The notes under the pieces: generated by a model
What the model was told of the DNA's origin: nothing
Database searches by the model: none
What the model saw: only the letters and a program-made list of their open reading frames with translations
DNA from: Deinococcus sp.
GTDB taxonomy: Bacteria; Deinococcota; Deinococci; Deinococcales; Deinococcaceae
Reading direction: 5' to 3'
DNA length: 64,000 nucleotides
NCBI RefSeq assembly: GCF_965247785.1
Contig: NZ_OZ252036.1
Location: 362,004 to 426,003, forward strand
Shown here: piece after piece, positions 16,633 through 25,391 of the stretch
Position numbering within the stretch: position 1 is the first letter of the stretch
Layout: each line of letters opens with the position of its first letter
Position numbers and translations under genes: made by a program

Positions 16633-18027
16633 TCAGGTGGCCCCCAAAGCCTCGGCCCCTGCCGACAGCTTGCCGGGATTGAGCAGCCCAAGCGGGTTGA
16701 AGCGGGCGCGGGCATCGAGCACCGGCTGACCGCTCCAGCGCGGATCGGCGTCGAGGTAGTAGGTGTGCGGATTGGCCACGCTCACCCCCAGCCGTTCCCG
16801 CTCGGCGATGGCGGCGGCGATGCCGGGGGCGTCGGGCACAGAGATCAGGTCGAGTGCCGAGATGAATACCCGTTCGCCCGGCGTGTCCGGGGCCTGCCGC
16901 CCGATCTCCAGGTGAAAGGCCACCCTGCTGCCGCTCTCCAGGTGATACGTCCGCAGCGCCTCCATCTGCTTCAGGGCCTCGCCCACGTCGCTGCTGAGGT
17001 TGGATTGCAGGTAGGTCCAGCCCGGATCGTTTCTCATCGCCCAGAGGGTGGTGTGGTTCCAGGTGAAGTCCGAGAGACAGAACTTGCCGGCGTGGTAGGC
17101 GCTGGCCGGGGCCGAATAGGTCAGGTCGCCGCCGAACGCCCTGGAGCGTTCCAGCACCGCGCCCGTGCGGCCCTCGCGCAGTTCCAGCAGGGCCAGCGCG
17201 CGCGCCTCGGCCACGCCCCCGGCGGCCTGGAGGGGACCGAAGAAGCTGGGGATCGGCCACTCGTGCAGCGAGATCAGCCGCTTGTCCTCCAGGGAGTCGA
17301 GGGTCAGTTCCGCACCGAAGCGCAGCGCCTGTTCCAGCGTGGGAAACGAGAGGGCCGCCTCCTCCCAGGGCACGGCGGGGGCCAGATTCACCTCCAGCTC
17401 GACCATGATGCCCGAGGTGCCGTAGGCGTGGATAAAGCCCGTCAGCTCGCTCCCCGACAGCGTGTGAAGCGCCGCCTCAGGCGTGACCTCCATCACCGTG
17501 ACGCTCTTCAGGAAGCCGTCCCAGAGCACGCCGTTGCGGACCGAGCCGACGCCCCCGAAACCGCCGCCGACGAAGCCGCCGAGCGCCGCCGTGGCCCAGG
17601 TGCTGGGGTAACAGCGAAGCTCCCAGCCCAGCGGGCGGGCCTGCCGTTCGATCTGACCCAGCCGCACGCCGGGTTCGGCCCGCACCACCCCCGGCGCCTC
17701 GTCGAGCGCCAGGATGCGGTTCAGGCGGTGCGTCGAGACCACGACGCCGCCCTGAAGGGGCACGCACTGGCCGTAGTTGCCGGTGCCCGAGCCGCGCATG
17801 GTGAGCGGAATGTTGCGGGCACAGGCGTAGCGCACCAGTTCCTGCAACTCCTCCACCGTCTGCGGCGCGGCGATCACATCGGCCAGTTTGCCGTCCAAGA
17901 GCCCCCGCAGCACCGGCGAGTAGTAGAAGGCGTCCTTCGAGAAGGTGCTCAGGCTGCGCGGATCGGACAGCACGCCGCGCTCGCCGAGCATGCCGAGCAG
18001 GTCGTCTTGCAGGGTGGTTGTGGTCAT
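16633..18027 (-). CDS. FAD-binding (PCMH-type, FAD_binding_4) oxidoreductase
   Basis: 464 aa. VIAAPQTVEELQELVRYACARNIPLTMRGSGTGNYGQ..GGVVVSTHRLNRIL is a GlcD/vanillyl-alcohol-oxidase-type FAD domain. It is the last gene of a nine-gene same-strand cluster. Confidence 0.85.
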   Translation of the reverse strand: MTTTTLQDDLLGMLGERGVLSDPRSLSTFSKDAFYYSPVLRGLLDGKLADVIAAPQTVEELQELVRYACARNIPLTMRGSGTGNYGQCVPLQGGVVVSTHRLNRILALDEAPGVVRAEPGVRLGQIERQARPLGWELRCYPSTWATAALGGFVGGGFGGVGSVRNGVLWDGFLKSVTVMEVTPEAALHTLSGSELTGFIHAYGTSGIMVELEVNLAPAVPWEEAALSFPTLEQALRFGAELTLDSLEDKRLISLHEWPIPSFFGPLQAAGGVAEARALALLELREGRTGAVLERSRAFGGDLTYSAPASAYHAGKFCLSDFTWNHTTLWAMRNDPGWTYLQSNLSSDVGEALKQMEALRTYHLESGSRVAFHLEIGRQAPDTPGERVFISALDLISVPDAPGIAAAIAERERLGVSVANPHTYYLDADPRWSGQPVLDARARFNPLGLLNPGKLSAGAEALGAT

Positions 18028-18047
18028 AAAAACTCCTTCTCATCCGA

Positions 18048-19280
18048 TCAGTCGAGGTAAAGCTGCGTGTGCCGCTGTTCCTCGGCCCGGAGCTGGCCAC
18101 CGAGGATCACGTAGCGGCGGGCCGGTTGGAACTGGAGGGCCGTTCTCCAGTCCGGGGCGTCCAGCACCACCAGGTCGGCGCGGTCACCGACCTTCAGGCC
18201 GTAGCCTTCCAGCCCGAGGGCCTCGGCGGCCCAGTCGGTGACCATCCTCCGCACGGTGTTCAGGTCGTCGTCCCAGGCGAGCTGCGTGAGATGGGCGGCC
18301 ATCAGCGCCACGTCGAGCGGATCGTTGCGCCCGAAGGGATAGTACGGGTTGTCCACGTCGTCCTGGGCCGCCAGTACCCGCACCCCGGCGGCCAGCAGCT
18401 CACGCACACGGGTATTACCGCGCGGCTGCGGCTGCCGCTGGTCGCCGCAGGTGACGAGTTCGATGTGCCCGTTGCTGATGACGGTGGCCCCCGATTGCCG
18501 GATCAGCTCGGTGGTCTGCGCCGCCTCGGTGTCGTTCTGGAAGCCGAGCGAGCCGAGCTGGGTAAGCAGCAGCGGCCAGGCGTGCTTGAGGGCCAGTTCG
18601 GCCATCATCCTGCCGGTGCGGCTCAGGGGGTTCTCGGTGTCGTCGGCCACCGCGTGCAGCGGCAGGCCGTGCTGCATGGCGAGGTCCAGGCAGAACTCGG
18701 CGTGCGCCTGCTGGTCGGCCTCGGTGGGTTCCAGCCAGGGCACCGCGCCCACCGCGTCGCAGCCGAGTTCCACCGCCTGTTCCAGAAGCTCACGGTTGCC
18801 GGGGTGCCGGGCAAAGCCGTTCTGCGGAAACGGCACAAGCTGGATACGCATGAAGGGGAAGGTGGCCTGAAGCCGCTTGAGGCCCAGGAAGGCCCGCAGG
18901 CCCGCCTGTTCGTCCACGTCGGCGAACAGCCGCAGCGCGCCGGTGCCGTGCCGGAGGGCCAGATGCACCAGTTGCACGCCCCGGTCGTACACGCTCTGGG
19001 GGGTATAGGCGCGCTTGACGTGGCCCAGCGCCTCGAAGCGGTGGAGGCCCCTGACCTCGTCGGGCTGCCGCGCCAGTTCCTGCCGCCAGAAAGACTTGCA
19101 GGCGTGCAGATGCGGATTCACGAAGGCGGGGAGCGTGAGCCGCCCGCCGCCGTCCAGTTCGCGGTGTGCGGGCAGACTCAGCCCTTCGCCGAAGGCAGAA
19201 ATACAGCCGTCCTGCACCGCGAGGTCGCCCGCCGCGCCGTCCGGCAGCCGGACGTTCCGCAGCAGCAGATCGGCGCTCAC
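18048..19280 (-). CDS. Amidohydrolase-superfamily protein (cytosine-deaminase-like, paralog 2)
   Basis: LLLRNVRLPDG..GRLTLPAFVNPHLHACKSF is the metal-binding HxH motif. About 410 aa. GTG start at 19280, 31 nt after the upstream stop. Confidence 0.8.
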   Translation of the reverse strand: MSADLLLRNVRLPDGAAGDLAVQDGCISAFGEGLSLPAHRELDGGGRLTLPAFVNPHLHACKSFWRQELARQPDEVRGLHRFEALGHVKRAYTPQSVYDRGVQLVHLALRHGTGALRLFADVDEQAGLRAFLGLKRLQATFPFMRIQLVPFPQNGFARHPGNRELLEQAVELGCDAVGAVPWLEPTEADQQAHAEFCLDLAMQHGLPLHAVADDTENPLSRTGRMMAELALKHAWPLLLTQLGSLGFQNDTEAAQTTELIRQSGATVISNGHIELVTCGDQRQPQPRGNTRVRELLAAGVRVLAAQDDVDNPYYPFGRNDPLDVALMAAHLTQLAWDDDLNTVRRMVTDWAAEALGLEGYGLKVGDRADLVVLDAPDWRTALQFQPARRYVILGGQLRAEEQRHTQLYLD

Positions 19281-19311
19281 GCCCCGCCCCGGACGACAGC
19301 CCCGCCCCCGG

Positions 19312-20523
19312 TCACAGCCACTCCCGCCTGACCTCTTCACGGTACACGGGCCGCCCGGCCTTGTACACCCGCAGCCGGGCGGGCATCTCGGCCAGCGCCT
19401 CGTCGGTGCTCCGGGCATTCAGCAGCACCAGGTCGGCGGGGCCGCCCACCTCGATCTCACCCGGCAGAGCCATCACCTTGGCGGCGTTGACGGTGATCAT
19501 CTCCAGCGCGGCCATCCGCTCCTGCGGGCGGGCCAGATGGGCGGCGTGGACGGCCAGATTGGCCTGCCACAGCGGGTCGTAGTGACCGAGCGGATTGAAG
19601 GGGTCGCGCACGTTGTCGCTGCCCAGCGCCACGTTCACCCCGGCGCGGCGCAGCGCCCGGAGCGGGGCGACGCCGCGCACCGAAGGCTGGCTGTGCCCCT
19701 GTAGCAGCAGGTTGACGGCGGGCAGCGAGACGATGTTCATGCCACAGGCCGCCACTTTGGCGATGATCCGCCCCTGTTCGCCCGGAGCCATGTAGGCCAG
19801 CGAACAACAGTGGTCGGCGCTGACCAGAGCGCCCATACCCGAGGCGAGCGTCAGGTCGGCGATCAGCTCCAGGTACTTCGAGTCCGGGTTCTCGTTCTCG
19901 TCGATGTGCAGGTCGATGGGCCGCCCGGTCTCTTCGGCCAGCCGGAAGGCGCTGCGAACGGCGGCCTGCGGGTCGGGCGCGTGGTTGGGGCTGCCGCCGA
20001 TCACGTCCACCCCCAGCCGAAGCGCCTCGCGGTAGGCGTCGTCCTCGGCGGGGGTTCCCGGCAGGCCCAGCGCCACCAGCTGCACGTCGATGCGCCCCCG
20101 CCACGCCTGGCGAACCTCCAGCAGCGCCTCCAGCACCACCCGGCTGCGGCTGCCGACATTGATGTGGCTTCTGAGCGCGGTCACGCCGCGCGAGAGGGCC
20201 AGCCGCAAGGCCGCGTCGGCCCGGCGCACGAAATCGGCGTGGTCGCGGCCCGGTTCGGCGGCGCCCCAGCGGTCGATGGCCTCCCTCAGGGTGCCGCTCT
20301 GGTTTTCCAGCTCCGGCACGCCCAGCGAGAGCGTCTTGTCGAGGTGGACGTGAGGTTCCACGAAGCCCGGCAGCAGCAGCAGGCCGCCGCAGTCCTCTCC
20401 CGGCAGGTCGGTCGGCCCGATCCCGGAGATCAGCCCGCCCTGCACGCTCAGGTCGGTCGGGGCGGCGTGACCCCGGAGCCGCACGTTCCTGAGCACCCGG
20501 TCGGCCCCTGCCCCATCAGCCAT
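19312..20523 (-). CDS. Amidohydrolase-superfamily protein (cytosine deaminase CodA-like, paralog 1)
   Basis: RVLRNVRLRG..LLLLPGFVEPHVHLDKTLS resembles the CodA PFVEPHIHLD motif. 403 aa. The start overlaps the creatininase-family stop by 8 nt. Confidence 0.85.
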   Translation of the reverse strand: MADGAGADRVLRNVRLRGHAAPTDLSVQGGLISGIGPTDLPGEDCGGLLLLPGFVEPHVHLDKTLSLGVPELENQSGTLREAIDRWGAAEPGRDHADFVRRADAALRLALSRGVTALRSHINVGSRSRVVLEALLEVRQAWRGRIDVQLVALGLPGTPAEDDAYREALRLGVDVIGGSPNHAPDPQAAVRSAFRLAEETGRPIDLHIDENENPDSKYLELIADLTLASGMGALVSADHCCSLAYMAPGEQGRIIAKVAACGMNIVSLPAVNLLLQGHSQPSVRGVAPLRALRRAGVNVALGSDNVRDPFNPLGHYDPLWQANLAVHAAHLARPQERMAALEMITVNAAKVMALPGEIEVGGPADLVLLNARSTDEALAEMPARLRVYKAGRPVYREEVRREWL

Positions 20524-21283
20524 GGGCCACGCTGAAGCTGCTGGCCTCGGCGATCTGCGCGGCCAGAGACGCCGCCATCTCCCCGAACCAGGTGGCCCCG
20601 GCCTCGGGGGTGGCCGCGCTCGGATCGCCGAAATGTCCGTCCGGGCTCCAGTCGCGGGTCAGCCAGCCGACCTGCGGCTGGGTGGTGAGGTTAAAGGTCG
20701 GCGAGCTGAAGTCCGGGTAGTGCGCGGCGGGCAGCGGCCCCACCAGTTCCGGCGTCAGGTGCAGCAGCATCGAGGTCTCGGCAGTGTTGGCGTGAATCCC
20801 GAAACGCTTTTCCAGCGCGGGCAGCATCGAGGTGTCGGCGCTGCCCGACGCCAGGAAACACAGCAGGCCCAGCTCGGCCCGCAGGTCGCGGCACATCATC
20901 TCCAGCAGCGCCTTGTTGCCGCCGTGGGTGTTGATGAACAGCAACCGGGTGAAGCCGCTGCGCGAGACGGCCACGGCGATGTCGCGCAGCAGCGCCATCA
21001 GGGTCGCCGCAGATAAGGCGATGGTGCCGGGGTAGCCGGTGTGCTCGTTGCTCTTGCCGTAGCTCAGGGTGGGCAGCAGCAGCGCCTGGGTGTCCGGCGC
21101 GAGCAGTTCGAAGGCGCGGGCGCTCAGGCGTTCGGCCAGCAGCGCGTCGGTCCAGACCGGCAGGTGCGGCCCGTGCTGCTCGATGGCCCCGATGGGCAGC
21201 ACCACCACCCCCGGCTCTTTGGGCAGGTCGCGGATGGCCTGCCAGCTCAGATCGGCCCAGCGTCTTGAAGTGATTACGGACAT
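20516..21283 (-). CDS. Creatininase-family (creatinine amidohydrolase / ArfB-like) protein
   Basis: VVLPIGAIEQHGPHLPVWTD...LFINTHGGN are creatininase-family metal-site motifs. 255 aa. Confidence 0.85.
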   Translation of the reverse strand: MSVITSRRWADLSWQAIRDLPKEPGVVVLPIGAIEQHGPHLPVWTDALLAERLSARAFELLAPDTQALLLPTLSYGKSNEHTGYPGTIALSAATLMALLRDIAVAVSRSGFTRLLFINTHGGNKALLEMMCRDLRAELGLLCFLASGSADTSMLPALEKRFGIHANTAETSMLLHLTPELVGPLPAAHYPDFSSPTFNLTTQPQVGWLTRDWSPDGHFGDPSAATPEAGATWFGEMAASLAAQIAEASSFSVAHG

Positions 21284-21308
21284 GTCAGGACCTTCAACTT
21301 GAACTCCT

Positions 21309-21758
21309 TTAAGGCAGCAGATACAAGAGCAGCAGCGAGAGGGCGGTCATGCTGAACAGGCTGCGGTGCGCCGCCACCGCGCCCGGCTCGCTGAGCCAGG
21401 TCATGAAGAACTGGTTGGCGAGAATGAAGCCGCCCCACAGCAGCAGCGACACCCCCAGCGCCGCCGACGCCAGCCGCAGGCCGCCGCCAAGGAGTGCGCC
21501 CCACAGCAGGCCCGAGGCCAGCGCCTCCCAGACGATCACGCCCCCGAACAGCGCCCAGACCAGCCAGCGCGGCGTCCGGTGGCGGGCGGTGGTGCTCAGC
21601 AGGAGCGCGAAGTTGCTCGAAGACAGGGTGGTTGGTGGCAGCACCCGCAACGTCTTGAGGGCGTCGAGCAGGTTGTACACGGTCACCAGCGTCATCCACA
21701 GCGCCCACATCAGCAGCACGCCCGCCTTGATAAAACCCGTGCCAGCCAGAGTACTCAT
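21309..21758 (-). CDS. Small integral membrane protein (about 4 TM), unknown family, paralog 1
   Basis: 149 aa, MSTLAGTGFIKAGVLLMWALWMTLVTVYNLLDALK...AAHRSLFSMTALSLLLLYLLP. Its ATG overlaps the stop of the upstream paralog by 1 nt (TGATG). Confidence 0.65.
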   Translation of the reverse strand: MSTLAGTGFIKAGVLLMWALWMTLVTVYNLLDALKTLRVLPPTTLSSSNFALLLSTTARHRTPRWLVWALFGGVIVWEALASGLLWGALLGGGLRLASAALGVSLLLWGGFILANQFFMTWLSEPGAVAAHRSLFSMTALSLLLLYLLP

Positions 21759-22213
21759 CACGGCAGCAGCGCCACGGCCACGCACGACACCAGAAGCGAG
21801 GTGAACAGGCTGCGGTGGGTGGCCGCCGTGCTGTAGCCGCCGCCCGTCTCGACCAGAAAGGTCAGGAAGACCTCGTTGATCACCATGAACGCCCCCCAGA
21901 GGGCCAGCGAGACGAAAAAGGCCAGGTCGGCCGCTGCGGGCGAGAAGTGCAGCGCGGCCCGCAGCAGCAGCACGGTGGCCGCGCCCTCCCACAAGGTCAC
22001 CACCGCGTACATCACCCGGCACATCCACAGTGGGGTGTCATAGATGCGGGTCGCCTGCACGATGCCCTCGTAGTTGTGCGAGTAAAAGCGCCAGCCTGCG
22101 GGCAACTGCCCGGCCTCCTTGAGCGCGTCGAGCACGTTCAGCAGCGTGACGATGCCCAGCCACACCCCCCACAGCAGCAGGACGCCCACCTTGATCGCCA
22201 GCGTACCGGCCAC
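21758..22213 (-). CDS. Small integral membrane protein (about 4 TM), unknown family, paralog 2
   Basis: 151 aa, MAGTLAIKVGVLLLWGVWLGIVTLLNVLDALK...ATHRSLFTSLLVSCVAVALLP. Collinear similarity to 21309-21758. Starts 3 nt after the SBP stop. Confidence 0.65.
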   Translation of the reverse strand: MAGTLAIKVGVLLLWGVWLGIVTLLNVLDALKEAGQLPAGWRFYSHNYEGIVQATRIYDTPLWMCRVMYAVVTLWEGAATVLLLRAALHFSPAAADLAFFVSLALWGAFMVINEVFLTFLVETGGGYSTAATHRSLFTSLLVSCVAVALLP

Positions 22214-22216
22214 GCT

Positions 22217-23215
22217 TTATTTCTTGGGGAAGAGGGTCATTGAGTAGGCGGTCTTTACGTCCAGCGGGTTCTTGAGCAGCTTCAGGTCGCTGAGCTGGGT
22301 GTAGACCGTCTTCCAGCGCGCGTCGCTCATGTAGCCGATGCCGTACTTGCCCGCGTCGCCGCCCGCGATGAGCTGTTTCTCGGCGGCGGCGGCGTAGGTC
22401 ATGTACTCGGGGGTCAGTTCCTTGTTGGCCTCCATCATCACGTCGTTGTACTTCGAAGGGTTGGCGAGGTAGCGCCGCCAGCCCTCCTGAGACGCCTCGA
22501 TGAACGCCTGCACGGTCTTGGGGTTATTCTTCAGGTAGTCCTCGGTAACGGTCATCAGGTTGCCGTAGGGGTTGAAGCCCGAGTTGGCCACCAGCAGCGT
22601 CTTGGGCTTGGACCCGGCCTTGATGGCGTAGTACGGCTCACTGGTGACGTAATTCTGGGTCACGCGCGCCTTGTCTCGCTGCCAGTCGGCGAGCTGGCCG
22701 TTGTAGTTGAGCACCTGCACCTTGCCCGCCAGGTTGTACTTCTTCTCGATGTACTCCCAGTAGGCCGCGCCCGGCGAGACCGCGACTGTGCGCCCGGCCA
22801 GGTCGCCGAAGCTGGTGATCGCCTGCTCCTCGTGCGACATCAGGCCCTGCGGAAAGGTCTGGAAGGTCGAGAAGATGCCCACCAGCGGAATGCCCTGGTC
22901 GCGGCCCAGCAGCACCGTGGGCGAGTCCAAGGTGGCGAACTGCACCCGGTTACTCACCAGCAGCGCCTGCCCGGCCACGCCCGGCCCACCCGAGACGATA
23001 CTCAGGTCGAGCCCCCTGGCCTTGTACAGCCCGTCCTTGACGGCGGCGTAGAAGCCCCCGGCCTCGGGTTCCGGAAACCAGTTGAGGACCATGCTCACCT
23101 TAATCATCGCTCCGGACTGGGCGGTGGTCTGCGCCCCCAGGGTGCCGATCAGCGCGGCGAGGCCGAGGGGAAGGGCAACGGTCTTGAACGTTCTGGTCAT
23201 GTGGACTTGTTTCAT
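22217..23215 (-). CDS. ABC transporter substrate-binding protein, NMT1/THI5/ThiY-like (NitT/TauT family)
   Basis: Signal peptide followed by IKVSMVLNWFPEPEAGGFYAAVKDGLYKARGLDLSIVSGGPG, typical of NMT1-like SBPs. The ATG at 23215 is preceded by AAGGAG. Confidence 0.85.
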   Translation of the reverse strand: MKQVHMTRTFKTVALPLGLAALIGTLGAQTTAQSGAMIKVSMVLNWFPEPEAGGFYAAVKDGLYKARGLDLSIVSGGPGVAGQALLVSNRVQFATLDSPTVLLGRDQGIPLVGIFSTFQTFPQGLMSHEEQAITSFGDLAGRTVAVSPGAAYWEYIEKKYNLAGKVQVLNYNGQLADWQRDKARVTQNYVTSEPYYAIKAGSKPKTLLVANSGFNPYGNLMTVTEDYLKNNPKTVQAFIEASQEGWRRYLANPSKYNDVMMEANKELTPEYMTYAAAAEKQLIAGGDAGKYGIGYMSDARWKTVYTQLSDLKLLKNPLDVKTAYSMTLFPKK

Positions 23216-23309
23216 GTGGACTCCTTGTTTCACGTGAACTTCTTGCAGGCCGGGTTTCGGGGGAGGAACACCGGCTCAGGCGGGACGCCGCTCGCCCGGC
23301 CTCAACGGA

Positions 23310-24155
23310 TCAATCGCGGGCCGATTCGTGCCAGCTCGACAGGAAATAATTGCTGACAGCACTGATCGCCACGAAGAAGGCGATGCCCAGCAGCGCCGAG
23401 GCCAGCGCCGAGGCGAACAGCATCGACATCTGGAGGCGGCTGGCGGTCTCGGCGATCAGGAAGCCCAGGCCGCCGTGGGTGCCGCCCATGCCGGCCATGT
23501 ACTCGCCCACCACCGAGCCGACCACCGCCGCGCCCGCCGCGATCCGCAGGCCCGCGAAGAAGTACGGCAGCGCGAACGGCAGTCTCAGCTTGATCAGCGT
23601 CTGCCAGGGGGTGGCCCCGTACAGCGTGAAGAGCTGGCGCAGCGACTCGTCGGTGGAGCGCAGGCCGGTGGTGGTGTTGGCGATCACCGGAAAGATCGCG
23701 ATGATCAGCGCGCAGGCGATGATGCTCGGCATGCCCACCCCGAACCAGATCAGGATGATCGGGGCCACCGCGATGATGGGAATGGTCTGGATGATCACGG
23801 TGTAGGGAAAGAGCGCCTTGTAGAGCGCCGGAACCGCCGACAGCACGAGCGAGACCAGCCCGCCCAGCAGCCCCGAGAGCACGAAGGCCCAGACCGCTCC
23901 TTCGAGGGTGATGAGGGTCGATTCCAGCAGGCTCTGCCAGTTGTCGCGCAGCGCCGTGCCCAGGCTTCCGGGCGTGGGGTACAGGTACGGTGGCGGGCGG
24001 AAGATCGCCACCAGCGCCACCCACAGCACCAGAAAGACAACCAGCGCGGCCACCGGCAGGGCCAGCCCTTGGAGCCAGAGCCTCAACCGACTGCGGGCAC
24101 GTCCGGGGCGTGCGGCGGTGCTGACGGGTTGGGGCCGCGCCGAGGCGGCACTCAC
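23310..24155 (-). CDS. ABC transporter permease (NitT/TauT family)
   Basis: 281 aa with six predicted TM segments and an EAA-like loop LRSTDESLRQLFTLYGATPWQTLIKLRLPFALP. The GTG start overlaps the ATPase stop (GTGA). Confidence 0.85.
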   Translation of the reverse strand: MSAASARPQPVSTAARPGRARSRLRLWLQGLALPVAALVVFLVLWVALVAIFRPPPYLYPTPGSLGTALRDNWQSLLESTLITLEGAVWAFVLSGLLGGLVSLVLSAVPALYKALFPYTVIIQTIPIIAVAPIILIWFGVGMPSIIACALIIAIFPVIANTTTGLRSTDESLRQLFTLYGATPWQTLIKLRLPFALPYFFAGLRIAAGAAVVGSVVGEYMAGMGGTHGGLGFLIAETASRLQMSMLFASALASALLGIAFFVAISAVSNYFLSSWHESARD

Positions 24156-24976
24156 GCGGGCACCCCATGCTCTGCCCCGTGGGCTGGCGGGCCGCCCGGC
24201 ACGGGCAGCGCAGGCGCAGGGCGACCTTCCAGGATCTGAAGCACCCGGTAGACCAGTCTGCCGTACAGTTCCGAGGCCCGGAAGCTGGCGTCGCGCGGGA
24301 ACGGCTCGGGTACCTCCAACACGGCAGCCACCTGCCCCGGGTGCGGCGTCATGACCACGATCTTGCGGCTCAGGTACACCGCCTCGAACATGTTGTGGGT
24401 CACGAACACCACCGTCGCGCCGGTACGCCCCTGAATGCCCAGCAGCTCGTCGTTCAGGCGCTGCCGCGTCATCTCGTCGAGTGCTCCGAAGGGTTCGTCC
24501 ATCAGCATCACCTGCGGCCTGGTGACGAGCGCGCGCGCGATCGAGACGCGCATCTTCATGCCGCCCGACAACTCGCGCGGGTACGCGGCCTCGCGGCCCG
24601 ATAGCCCCACCAGGTCCAGGCACTGGCGGGCGCGGGCCTGGCGTTCCTGGGCGGCCACACCGCGCAGTTCGAGCGGCAGCGCCACGTTGTTCAAGACCGA
24701 TTTCCAGGGCATCAGGGTCGGTTCCTGGAACACGAAGGCCATCTCCTGGCGGGCCTGGGGAGCCCTCGGCGGGTGGCCGTTCAGTGAAACGCGGCCCGAG
24801 GTGGCGGTGTCGAGGCCCGCCAGAATCCGCAGCAGCGTCGATTTGCCGCAGCCGGACGGCCCCACCAGTGATACGAACTCGCCGGGCTCTACACGCAGGT
24901 TCACGCCGTCGAGGGCCACCGTGCCGTCCGGGAAGCGCTTGTATACATCCTCAATCTCGATGGTGCTGGTCTGCAC
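24152..24976 (-). CDS. ABC transporter ATP-binding protein (NitT/TauT family)
   Basis: Walker A GPSGCGKST, signature LSGGMKMRVSIA, Walker B VMLMDEPFGALD. GTG start at 24976 sits behind AGGAGG. Confidence 0.9.
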   Translation of the reverse strand: MQTSTIEIEDVYKRFPDGTVALDGVNLRVEPGEFVSLVGPSGCGKSTLLRILAGLDTATSGRVSLNGHPPRAPQARQEMAFVFQEPTLMPWKSVLNNVALPLELRGVAAQERQARARQCLDLVGLSGREAAYPRELSGGMKMRVSIARALVTRPQVMLMDEPFGALDEMTRQRLNDELLGIQGRTGATVVFVTHNMFEAVYLSRKIVVMTPHPGQVAAVLEVPEPFPRDASFRASELYGRLVYRVLQILEGRPAPALPVPGGPPAHGAEHGVPA

Positions 24977-25391
24977 GGCCAACCTCCTGAAGGTGGGTTG
25001 AAGCGGCTGCCACGGCCGCTCCTCCAGTCTCATGACCGATCATCTGACGACCGGGCGAACGATCAGCTCTCCCCCTGTCGTGTGCTGTCAACCGAAAAAC
25101 GAAAGCGACCTTCGGAACCGCTGGCTCGCCTGGTGGATTGGGGCGTCGGTTCCTGATCGCAGAGCGGGCGGAGGCGGGTGGCGGGAGAGGCGGCGATGGG
25201 CCTCCTGATGCAGAATGTACACCATACCCTTGACGTTCTGCAAAACATGACCGATACGCAGATAAAACGCTCCGCAATTCAGGCGGTATGTCAAACAATT
25301 ATCTGGCAATGAGCGATGTCATTCGAGACGCCGGGGGCTACCACCCTATTCCACCCGCCGGAGTGCGACCGCCTGCTCTATAACGGCTGGC

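Noticed and set aside
24977-25200. A possible TPP (THI-box) riboswitch upstream of the ThiY/NMT1-like ABC operon.
   Set aside because: Reading the leader on the minus strand, I could not find the conserved CUGAGA ... ACCUGAUCUGGAUAAUGCCAGCG core. Only loose fragments (GAGACUGG) are present.
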